DNA of 63,926 nucleotides, the filler included, from Vannella sp. (Eukaryota): assembly GCA_023345925.1 (NCBI GenBank). It is 6 parts of 6 records of this genome, joined end to end, with 100 filler letters (N's around TTAATTAATTAA, not from the genome) between each part and the next. Parts side by side here need not be neighbours in the genome. Positions count along the whole stretch, not along the records: positions 40,052 to 48,385 come from JAJQQN010000246.1; positions 48,486 to 61,019 come from JAJQQN010000242.1; 4 more parts are not named here. The stretch is one strand, 5' to 3'. Under the pieces are notes generated by a model, which searched no databases, was not told the origin of the DNA, and was given only the letters and a program-made list of their open reading frames with translations. How positions within the stretch are numbered: position 1 is the stretch's first letter; each line of letters starts with the position of its first letter. This document shows positions 47,527-57,099 of the stretch, piece after piece. The translations under genes and the position numbers were made by a program.

Positions 47527-48141
47527 TCAAGAGAGGGCACACTGTTTCTTTAGCGGATATTCCCACCGATAGTGCCTAAATACACAGCGATAGATGTCTT
47601 CAAAGATGGCAGCGGTATCTGTGGGAGATTGAAAGGTGTGGTATCCTTTAAGACCTTCATCCTTCACCATTGCAAGAGCATCAGCATGTGGTACAAGTGG
47701 AATAGTATTCTCTTCGAATACTTCTTGAATGATGATGTCACCATCCACTCGCTTGTCGACCCCAATGAGCAGGCAAGGGATGTTGGGAAGTTCACGGCGG
47801 ATCTCTGGGATCCAGTTCGTGCGAACGTGCTCAAGCGATGCTGAGCATGTTAATGAGAACAGAAAGAAGACGAGGTCCGTGGAAGGGTAAGCCAAAGGCC
47901 TTATGTGATCTAAGCCCTCTGCTGCTGACGCTTCCCTGAGGCACAGCTTAAGCCTCGGGACAACATCCTCGCCTGTCTTCATCACTACGCGACAGATATC
48001 TTCTCTCCATTCGTGTTCCTGAAACACTGGTTGTTCAGCCATGGCAGCCATCAACGAGGATTTGCCCACACCCACATCACCGATCACCATACACTTGATG
48101 AAGTGGTGGTGGTTGAGGTCCAGCTGGGAGCCGCGAGCCAT
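47527..48141 (-). CDS. Atypical Rho/Rac-family small GTPase with CaaX end
   Basis: KCMVIGDVGVGKSSL (G1), HIRPLAYPSTD, SLEHVRTNWIPEI, C-terminal KKQCALS. G3 and G4 are divergent. Confidence 0.82.
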   Translation of the reverse strand: MARGSQLDLNHHHFIKCMVIGDVGVGKSSLMAAMAEQPVFQEHEWREDICRVVMKTGEDVVPRLKLCLREASAAEGLDHIRPLAYPSTDLVFFLFSLTCSASLEHVRTNWIPEIRRELPNIPCLLIGVDKRVDGDIIIQEVFEENTIPLVPHADALAMVKDEGLKGYHTFQSPTDTAAIFEDIYRCVFRHYRWEYPLKKQCALS

Positions 48142-48385
48142 TGAATGGATAAAAAGAAAGCCCCAATCAAACAACTGATTCTTTTTTTTCGAGGCTCGTT
48201 TCTTTTTCTTTTTTTTGTGGAAAAATGGGTTTTAATTGGTGAACCCGCTTCCTCCTTCTTGCGCAAGGAGGCCGGAGTGGATACGTGGGCCATGTCTGCT
48301 TGTCCTCGGACAAACTCCACCTTGAGATGGTTGTGGACTTTCAACCTTAGTCCTCTCGTTCTTCCCTCACTCGATCAGGGCAAGT

Positions 48386-48485
48386 NNNNNNNNNNNNNNN
48401 NNNNNNNNNNNNNNNNNNNNNNNNNNNNNTTAATTAATTAANNNNNNNNNNNNNNNNNNNNNNNNNNNNNNNNNNNNNNNNNNNN
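48386..48485. other. Artificial contig-join spacer
   Basis: N44-TTAATTAATTAA-N44. Confidence 0.98.
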
Positions 48486-48785
48486 ATTTCCGAGGGACAG
48501 CACACGAAGGAACGGAGCACATCACTCAATCTCGCAGCGCGCTCTTCAACCAGATCACTCAGTATGTCATGGACTCACTTTGAAAGGACTCTTCTCACAC
48601 CTTTCAGGGAAGAGCTGCAAGGGGTCAGATTCATTCATTCCCAGCACATCACAGAGGGAAGACCCGAAGGAACTTACGACGGACTGCACTACTTGGTTGG
48701 GCATGATTTAAAGGGCTGGACAGGAACTGTGGCAGCAACTTACGTGCAGGCCTTCCTCAACGAGCTCTTTCAGGGCTGCCACTGA
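48486..48785 (+). CDS. 3' fragment of a possible SGNH/PC-esterase-like protein
   Basis: TEGRPEGTYDGLHY (DxxH) followed by a terminal helix QAFLNELF. Truncated by the contig start. Confidence 0.4.
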   Translation: MSEGQHTKERSTSLNLAARSSTRSLSMSWTHFERTLLTPFREELQGVRFIHSQHITEGRPEGTYDGLHYLVGHDLKGWTGTVAATYVQAFLNELFQGCH

Positions 48786-49071
48786 ATCAGAGAAGCCCAC
48801 CGGCAAGGATTGGATCCTTCGTGACTGGCACTGAAGACGACCAGAGTGCAACAATGCTCCAACTGCCAAGTGTCAAATGAATCAGGAACAAGAACTCGGT
48901 CCATTTCTCCTCATGCAGTGTCAGGAAGTTCTGATGGCAAGAACACACATTCAGACAACCTGACGGCTTCCAACATCAAAGTGTGCGCTCCTCAGTATTC
49001 ATAATCCCAGATTGGTGCTGGAAGGGTGACGAGGAAAGTGTATTTGTTCCAAAGTTCGGTCCGGAAGCTGT

Positions 49072-52000
49072 TTAACGACGGCGTTGAGGGCGGCCAGCTT
49101 TCGCGTTGTTCGCCAAAACCCATCCAGAAGTCTGTTTCCCGACTTCGGCGAGTTCGCAAACAGTGCAAAGCTTGGTCAAAGTGAGACTGGGAGGTTCTAG
49201 TCTGGTGTGGGACGGAAATACTTACTTGACCAGAATACTTGGGAAGGTAGGAAGCCTCACAGAATGGGCACGCAATGGATGGAGAGCCCTTGTAGATGGG
49301 TGTAAAGGATGAGCAGCAGATAACGAATGGGTTGCGCTCGTCATAGTCAAGATCAAAGGCATTGTCAGAGTTCTTTTCGGCAAAAGCCACAACCTTCTTG
49401 GCCTGCAAGGTCAAAGCAGGCTTGGGATTCAATTCCAGCAGGCGCTTGGCAAAGGCGGATGCATCTCCAAAGTTCTTGGCCTTGTACGCGCAAGTCATTG
49501 CAGAGCTGAGGGACAACATCAAGTGAACTGGTTGAATGTTCGTGTGGGTGAAATAGGCGGCCAGTTCGAGCATTCTCTTTTGGTCTCCCTCTGCGAGAGC
49601 ATCCTTTCGGCGAAGCTCAATAGTCAAGCCAGTCAGGTACTCTTTTGCAAAGCCAAGTAGCTGGTGCGCGTCTTTTTCTTCATCTGAGGAAGTGGCGGTA
49701 ACAAAGAGGAGTCCCTGGAGGATAGAACGGAAGAGGACAACAGCCTCGGTGAATTTGCCTGTGGTTGTGGCTTTGTGAGCCAATTTGAGGCGATCAAACA
49801 GTCCCTGAAGAGTCACCGAAAGTTGTGGGAAGCCTTGCAGGCGCTCAACGCCTTGCATGATGGAAGGAGCGGAGGAGAAGGTTGGCAACACAACATTGGC
49901 GCCCATGAAGGTCACTTGGAAAAGGTTCTTGAGGGGCTCAAAGTTGACAATACCAACCTGAGAGTTGAACAACTGCATGGCAGATTCTAGAGAACCGGCC
50001 GCAACGTGATCTACGGGGAGCTCTGAGTTGCGGCACCAGGTCTCTCCAAAAGTAGGGCCAGGACGAGGTGGTACGAATCCACTTGCAGCCCCTCTGGAAG
50101 TTACGGGAGCCTTGATATCCTCCAAACCTTCTAGATCACCTCCAACGTCCCATCCTTCACCAGCATCCTCGAGACCTTCGAGCTCTTCTTCACCCAAATC
50201 ACCTGGGCTAGCTGCACTCACACCGCCTTCTTCATCAAGATCCAACTCCTCTCCCCAGCCGGCTGCTTCCTCGTCTTCATCACCGCCGACATCCAAGGAG
50301 CTCCCCTTGCCCAACATGCGTTGGACAGTGGACTTTTGCACGGTCAACAATGGCCAATTGGCTTCCTCTTGCTGGCCCAAAGGGGCGAGAGGCATGATCA
50401 ACTGAGCATTGGGGTTGACTTTAGGCACTGCAATGCCCTTCTCCTCAAGCAAAGGCACAAAGGAAAGGGCAAGATCGTCGAGGCCGTGGGTCTTCGCAGC
50501 AGAGTAGGCCAGGGCCAACTGCCCGGCCTTGGCGAGAATCTGCACAGCCACTTGAATGTCTCCCAAGAAGAGAGCTGTGTGGTACTGGGCCATGATGTCG
50601 CCTCGTTTCTCTGCGATACTTAGCATCTTACGGAGCTTCTCTACGTTGCCCGTGATCAAGTAGAGGAACCCAAGGCGCTCAAAGTTGAGAGTTCGCTGAT
50701 AAGCCATTTCAACGACCTGGTGATTGCCTTGGCGAAGGGCAGCCACGCCCAGTCGGTGCCAGCAGTCCTTCTCCTCGATAACCTTGGCGGCTTCCAAAGC
50801 GACTTCGATGTTGCCACACTCCATCGCGAGGTTGAATCGCACCTTATCGTCCTTGACAAAGTGAAGAGCCAGTTCGGGGTAGCCTTTCTTCTCCAAGTAA
50901 GCAATGATAGCTTGCCCCATCAACCCGAAGCGTTGAACAAGGCTAAGCACCTTCTGGTAGTCATTCTGGATGACAGCTAACTTGAGGAGGAACTCAGAAG
51001 GATCAATCGAGAGAGTGCGAGTGCGGCACTTCTTGTCCAAACAAGAGATCTTGGAAGCACTCGCTGCATACAAGAAGAGAGGAGCGGGAAGAGTGCGGAT
51101 GATGCCAGTGTCACCATTAGGGAGACAGTACTTGATGTGATTCAAAGTAGTGTAGATGAAGATGCCGCTAGGATGCCACGCACCGCTCTTCATTCGGGCA
51201 TCGTGCACAGTGCACATAATCTCAAGCTGGCGGTCCGCTAGCACGAGCACATCACGTCCGACAAGGGCCAGCTTGGCATCCTTGTCACTTCCAGACCAGA
51301 TAGCATGGCGAGCGTTGGGCGCAGGGATCCTCTTCACTTCCTTCTTGCGCTGCAAATCGTACAACCAAACGTTGCGTTGGTTGTCTCTCAGCAACACACA
51401 GCCGGTACTGGCGGGCCAGATCTGATCGAATGTCAAGGCCACGCTGTCACTCTCCTTGGGCAAGCTGATCTCCTTGGTTGTCTGATGCTCAAGGTTCTTG
51501 ATGACGATCGTGTTCGTCGCTGAGTTGAGCAAAGCAAAGCGGTTCCGGGCCACAAAGCAGACTTGATTGCCTGCCTCCTTCTCTCCCGTGTGGTCGACGG
51601 CCTTGGCTCTGGTTCCACCAGGGAGCAAGTGCAAGCTATAGGACTGATTGGTGATGACCAGGATAGCATTCTCAGCAGCGTTGTAGTGCATAAAGCGGGG
51701 TCCCGCGTCGAGTCCTGTCTTCTTCCCGATAGTGGTGATTGTCTTGCTCTTGCCCTCGACATAGTTGTAAGCCTGAAGGGAGCGGTCGTTAATGAAGTAC
51801 AGAACGTCCCCATCTACGCAGTAAGCAGGACGTTCATGCTCCAGTTTGAAGACAATCAGGCCACTGTCGTGACCTGCAGCGAAGAGATCCTCCTCTGGAT
51901 GGACGGCGAGGCTCCAGAAACGATCCTTGTCAGAGTCGCGACGGAAGATCTTCAAAGAGATCCGGCGGGACATGTCCCACACGCGGATGGTCTTATCTTC

Positions 52001-52918
52001 AGAGTTGGATAAGATCAGGGGTCGGCGAGGGTGGAAGAGTGCAGAGGAGACGTTGCTGAGATGGCCACGGAGCGTGTCCACTTCGTAAGCCTTTGTGTCG
52101 CTCATTCTCCAGAACTTCACTTGGCGATCGTCTGCACCAGACACAATCAGAGAGTCCTTAGGGTGGAAGGCAGCCCAGTTGACTCCACGGTCGTGCCCTT
52201 CCAACACGTGCAACACCATCACGTCGCTGTTGCCGAAAAGATCGTTCTGAGGGAGACCCTGTCCATCCCCACCAGGCGTTGGAGTGTAGTTCTTCTTCTG
52301 TAGTCCTACGCCCAATCAGTGAGCTTTGTGATAAGGTGAAAGACCTCTCAAGAGGAGGTAGCTTACCAGAGATGTCCCAAACGCGAACAGTTTGGTCCAA
52401 GGAAGCGGAGACTACCATATTGTCGGTAGGATGAAAGCGTGCGCACATAACATAGTGGTTGTGGCCCGTAAGGATGGAGATGCACGAGCGGGACTGCCAG
52501 TTCCAGATGCGAATGGTTTGGTCGTCGGAAGCACTCAAGATCCAAGGGTTCTCGTGATGGAACTGAACTGTTCGGATGTAGTCCAAATGGCCGAGGAGAG
52601 TGAAGAGGCAACGGCGTTGTTTGTAGTTCCAAACCTTGATTTTGTAGTCATCACCTCCCGATACGAAGAGTGGCTGAGACTGATGAAAGTCAACACCACG
52701 GACAGGTCCTTATCAAGAGAAATTGTTAATTGAACCTGCAAGAGGGTCGGGAGGAAAGCCGTACCGTCATGTTCGTCAAACTTGTCGATAAAGCTGCGGA
52801 TACGATAGTCCCACAACTGAATCACTCCCGTATGCAAACTTGCAAGGATCCAGGGCCGGGTAGGGTGAAAGCTGATGCCCTTCACCCGTTTGCTTTTGGT
52901 CTCGAACTTGGTCAGCAT
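49072..52918 (-). CDS. COPA: Coatomer subunit alpha, spliced
   Basis: [27 protein letters not shown]40 repeats, [30 protein letters not shown], spliced [11 protein letters not shown]. Confidence 0.97.
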
Positions 52919-53506
52919 CGCTACCCCAAAAACTGAACTTTTTGGTTCCCACGTGGCAACCCGACATCATAAATGCTTTATTGTCGGCATTTCCCCTTTT
53001 CATCTTTTCCATTTCATATCCTGATGGAACTTTCTGATCTCGTTTGATGTTCTCGTCCTTTGCCTTCAGAACTGGTCCTAAGAAGAACCTCTACTTCTCA
53101 GTAGGCTGTTGGTGGAGAAACCGTCGTGAGTACTGGGGATGGCTGTGGTAGCTCATCTTTACGCACGCTCATCTGCCGTTGTCGTGATGAGGAAAAGAGG
53201 GAAGCTCATCCTTGTACATTCACCTGCTGAGGCTCAGGTCAGCAATCCAAGAGCCACAATCTCTCGTTGCGAAGGGGTGACATGAAGTCCGTGAGCTCTG
53301 TCGCAGGACCAAGCTCGTAGAAAATAGTCTCTTTGACTTTTCCATTTCAATACACCAACAATCATATAAAATAATGTACTGTTATCCTAGAAGAATTCTC
53401 GAGTTTCATAAACCCACGACCAATCAAAATGGAGGCATCTGATTGGCGGGCTCCCTAAATATCTGGAATCTCGGCCTTCGTGGTCATTAGCGTGTGGCGT
53501 GGTGGC

Positions 53507-56500
53507 ATGTCGGACGAAGACATTAACCTTGATGACATCGACCTCGATGATATGGAGCTTGACGAGCTCGAGCTGGCAGAGCTGGAGCTCCTTGGCGAGC
53601 TGGAGGACCTTGACGATATCGACTTGGGCGACCTCAGTTTAGATGACTTGGATGACCTTGACGACATCGATGCTCAACTGGCTGAACTGGAGGGTGTTGA
53701 TGACGATGATGACGATGAGGACCTCTATGCTGGTCTCAGCCGAACAGAGATCGCCGAGTTGAAGCGAAAGGAGCAAGAGTGGCTGGCAGAGCAGGAAGCT
53801 CTCGAACAGGAGGAAGAGCAACTCTTGATGCAGTCTGACCTTCGTGAGAAGAACAAGACTCGTATTGAAGAGATCCGTGTCCAGCGCCAGCAACGCGAAG
53901 AGCAAGAGTGGAAGCGCCAACAAGAGGAAGAAGCTCGCTTGAATGCAGTCCGTGCAGAACAGGCAGCCGCTCGCAAGGTGGAGGTTGCCAAGCGACGAGC
54001 TGAGGAGGAGAGACTTGCCGAGGAGCAGTACCGCCGTGAAGAGGAGGAAGCAGTGGCTCAACGCGAGAAACTGAAGCGCGCCTTCGAGATTCAACAACAG
54101 GAAGCTCAAAAGAAGCGAGAGATCCAAGAGCGAGAGGAAGCTGAACGATATGCACGAGAGGAGGAGGAAGTCCGAAAGAAGGAGGAGGAACGCCAACGAC
54201 TCCACGAGGAGCGCGTGAAGAAGCTTCGAGAGGAGCGTGCTCGCCAAGAGGAGGAAGAGTGGAAGAGACTGGAGGAAGAGAAGGCTGCTCAGGACGCTGC
54301 CGTTGCAGCTCGCCGTGAAGAACGAATGAGGGCTATTACGAACCTTAAGGCTGGCGAACAAGCTGCAGAGCAAGAGAAGTTCCGTCTTGAGGAGGAGGCT
54401 GAGGCTCAGGCGCAAGTCAACAAACGGGAGAACTACCTCAAGAACCTCGAAATCGCCCGCAAGAAGAGAGAGGAGGACGAGAAGGCTGAGCAGGCCAAGT
54501 ATGCGAAGGAGGAGGAAGAGGCACTCCAAGCCACTCTCCGACGCAAGGAGAAGCAACGCGAAGAGGTCGAGCGCATTAGGCAAGAACGTCTTCGCAAAGA
54601 GGAGGAGGAATGGGCTGCCCAGGAGGCGGAGAAGGAGACTTACGAGAAGGACATTGCTGAGCGAAAGCGCCGTCGACAAGAGGCCATCATCAAACAGCGA
54701 GAGCAAGAGGTCCGAGCAGAAGCTGATCGCTTCGCTGCTGAAGAGGAAGAGCTCAACCGCCAGGCCCTTCGTCGAAAGAAGATGTTCGCTTCTCGTCGCG
54801 AAGAGGCCAAACAAAAGCGAAAGGAGACTGAGCGCGCGCAGCACGAAGCTTTCGTCAAGGAGGAAGAGGAACGGCTCGCAGCAGACAAGGAGCGCCGAGC
54901 AGCTCACAAGGCCCGCCTCATCAAGATTCGTGAGGAACGTAAGGAAGCTGAAGAGGCTGAGTGGTCCAAACTGGAAGAAGAGCGCAATCGCGAATTGGCT
55001 GGCATCGCTGAACGCCGCGCCAAGCGTGAGCTTGAGATCTCTCAAATGAAGGAGGAGGAGCGAGCTGCTGAAGAGGCCAAGTACGCCGCGGAGGAGGATG
55101 TTGAGCGCGAGGCAATTGAAGCCAAGCGACGCAACTACCAGAAGAACTTAGCCGAAGCGAAGCGCAGACGCCTTGAAGAAGATCGTGCTGAACAGGAAGC
55201 CTTCCGACAGCAAGAGCTGGAGGCTCAGGAGCTTATCAAGCGACGTCGTGAGCAGCAGAAGGCTGTTGTTGATCAAGTGCGTGCTGAGCGTCGTAAGCGC
55301 GAGGAGGAGGAATGGCAGAAGATTGAAGCCGAGACCAACCGCGCTGAGGAGCAGAAACGAGTTGCTCGCGAGAAACACGCTTCAGAGGTCAAGCGTAGAC
55401 GTGAAGCAGAGGCAAAGGAAGAAGAGGAGCGCTTCAGAAAACTTGAGGAGGAAGAACTCGCTCAACAGCGAGAGCGAGCTGAATTTGCTAAGCGCCATCG
55501 CGAGGTCATTAAGAAGGAGCGAGAGAGTGCTGAGAAGGCGGCCGAGGAGCGCTACATTCAGGAAGAGCAGGAGCGAGAAAACTCCGAGAAGGAGAGAAAG
55601 GAGAAGCACAAGGTCTTCGTTGCTCAACTTCGCGAGCAGCGCCAGAAGGAGGAAGAGGAGGCTTGGGCTCGCGAGGAGGCCGAGAAGGAGAGAGAGGAAG
55701 CCGAACGTGCCGCTCGTAAACTTCGTCGGCGAGAGGAGGTTCGCATTGCTCGTGAGAAGCAGGCCCGAGAGGAGGAGGAGAAGTTCCGACGAGAAGAGGA
55801 GGAGGCGAAATCAGCTGGTTCCTCTCAACTTCGTTCCTTTGAGATCCAACGAGAAGAAGCTCGCCGCAAGCGAGAGGAAGAGGAACGTGTTGAGCAGGAG
55901 AAGTATGCAAGGGAAGAGGAGCAGGAGCGCCAAATTGCTGCAGAGCGCAAGAGGAAGCAAGCTGAAATCATCGAGAAGGTTCGCCTTGAGCGCGTCAAAG
56001 CCGAGGAAGAAGAGTGGAAACGAATCGAAGAAGAAACTGCCCGCGCTGAAGAGCAAAAGCGAGCCTTCCGTGAGAAACACGCTGCAGATGCCAGAGCCCG
56101 AAGAGAAGCTGAAGTCAAGTTGGAGGAAGAGCGCTTTGCTCGCGAGCAGGCGGAGGAGGAGAGAAGCCGCTTGGAAACTATTGAGTACCGCAAGAAACTT
56201 ATCGCCAACGTTCGCACACAGCGGGAAGCTGAGGAGCGCGCTGAGCAGGAGAAGTATCTGCAAGCAGAGCGTGAGGCCGAGGCACAGAAGGAGCTCCGAA
56301 AGGCAGCTCACTCTGAGCGTGTCAAACAGCTTGCTGATGCCAGGCGCCAGAAGGAAGAGGACGAATATGCACGACAGATCGAGGCGGAGGAACGCGAGGC
56401 TGCCAGGAAGGCAGCGAACCACGCCAAGAGACAAGAAGAGATTGCCATCCGCCGTAAGGAGTTGGAAGAGCAAGAGCGACTGCGATTCCTTGCGGAGGAG

Positions 56501-57040
56501 GAGAGCATTCGTAAGGATGCAGAGGCCAAGAAGGCTTTCCGTGCTGAGCGAAAGGACGAAATGAAGAAGCGAGAAGAGCTTTTGAAGCGCAAACTTGCTG
56601 CCCAAAAGGCCAAGCGCGAGAAGGAGCGAGTTGCCTCTCGTGAGGCGGCGAAATCCCAGCGCTCTTCCGACCTTCAACGAGCGGACGACATTGCTGCTGG
56701 CTTGCTCTCTGGAGACTCTGGAGATACTGCTGAGGAGTCTGACGAGGAGAAGAAGAAAGCCCTTCTGCTCAAGAAGAAGAAGCTCCTTCTTGCCAAGAAG
56801 AAGGCCGCTGCAGCCAAACAAGGCGGTGTCGTTGACGATTTAGTTGGAGAAGAAGTCGACCAAGAAGCTCGCAAACAGGCCCTCTTGAAGCAAAAGAAGC
56901 TCCTTTTGCTCGCCAAGAAGAAGCGTGAACTCGAAGAGAAAGCCAAAGCAGAGAAACAGAGCGCTGCGGAGGCGGAATTCAAAGAGAAGCACGCTGCTGA
57001 GGACGCTGCGGAAGCGAAGCGCATTGCTGATCGCAATTAG
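53507..57040 (+). CDS. Large E/R/K-rich helical (SAH/trichohyalin-like) protein with acidic D/L N-terminus and a strict 117-aa super-repeat
   Basis: ~1177-aa intronless ORF with no Pro. Trp codons at 53909, 54260, 54611, 54962, 55313, 55664 and 56015 are exactly 351 nt apart. Confidence 0.85.
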   Translation: MSDEDINLDDIDLDDMELDELELAELELLGELEDLDDIDLGDLSLDDLDDLDDIDAQLAELEGVDDDDDDEDLYAGLSRTEIAELKRKEQEWLAEQEALEQEEEQLLMQSDLREKNKTRIEEIRVQRQQREEQEWKRQQEEEARLNAVRAEQAAARKVEVAKRRAEEERLAEEQYRREEEEAVAQREKLKRAFEIQQQEAQKKREIQEREEAERYAREEEEVRKKEEERQRLHEERVKKLREERARQEEEEWKRLEEEKAAQDAAVAARREERMRAITNLKAGEQAAEQEKFRLEEEAEAQAQVNKRENYLKNLEIARKKREEDEKAEQAKYAKEEEEALQATLRRKEKQREEVERIRQERLRKEEEEWAAQEAEKETYEKDIAERKRRRQEAIIKQREQEVRAEADRFAAEEEELNRQALRRKKMFASRREEAKQKRKETERAQHEAFVKEEEERLAADKERRAAHKARLIKIREERKEAEEAEWSKLEEERNRELAGIAERRAKRELEISQMKEEERAAEEAKYAAEEDVEREAIEAKRRNYQKNLAEAKRRRLEEDRAEQEAFRQQELEAQELIKRRREQQKAVVDQVRAERRKREEEEWQKIEAETNRAEEQKRVAREKHASEVKRRREAEAKEEEERFRKLEEEELAQQRERAEFAKRHREVIKKERESAEKAAEERYIQEEQERENSEKERKEKHKVFVAQLREQRQKEEEEAWAREEAEKEREEAERAARKLRRREEVRIAREKQAREEEEKFRREEEEAKSAGSSQLRSFEIQREEARRKREEEERVEQEKYAREEEQERQIAAERKRKQAEIIEKVRLERVKAEEEEWKRIEEETARAEEQKRAFREKHAADARARREAEVKLEEERFAREQAEEERSRLETIEYRKKLIANVRTQREAEERAEQEKYLQAEREAEAQKELRKAAHSERVKQLADARRQKEEDEYARQIEAEEREAARKAANHAKRQEEIAIRRKELEEQERLRFLAEEESIRKDAEAKKAFRAERKDEMKKREELLKRKLAAQKAKREKERVASREAAKSQRSSDLQRADDIAAGLLSGDSGDTAEESDEEKKKALLLKKKKLLLAKKKAAAAKQGGVVDDLVGEEVDQEARKQALLKQKKLLLLAKKKRELEEKAKAEKQSAAEAEFKEKHAAEDAAEAKRIADRN

Positions 57041-57099
57041 AAAGAAAGCCAGTCCGCGCACTTGAGCAGTAAATACCAAATGTCCGTTTCAAAGCGCGT

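Noticed and set aside
53020..53340. GTGATGA...CTGA in the COPA/repeat-protein intergenic region as a snoRNA or RNase P/MRP RNA
   Set aside because: Boxes are too close, and I found no rRNA-complementary guide or P4 helix motifs.
53639..56821. Long Leu/Phe/Ser-rich - strand and Arg-rich alternate-frame ORFs
   Set aside because: Products of the GAG/AAG/CG-rich repeat gene read in other frames.
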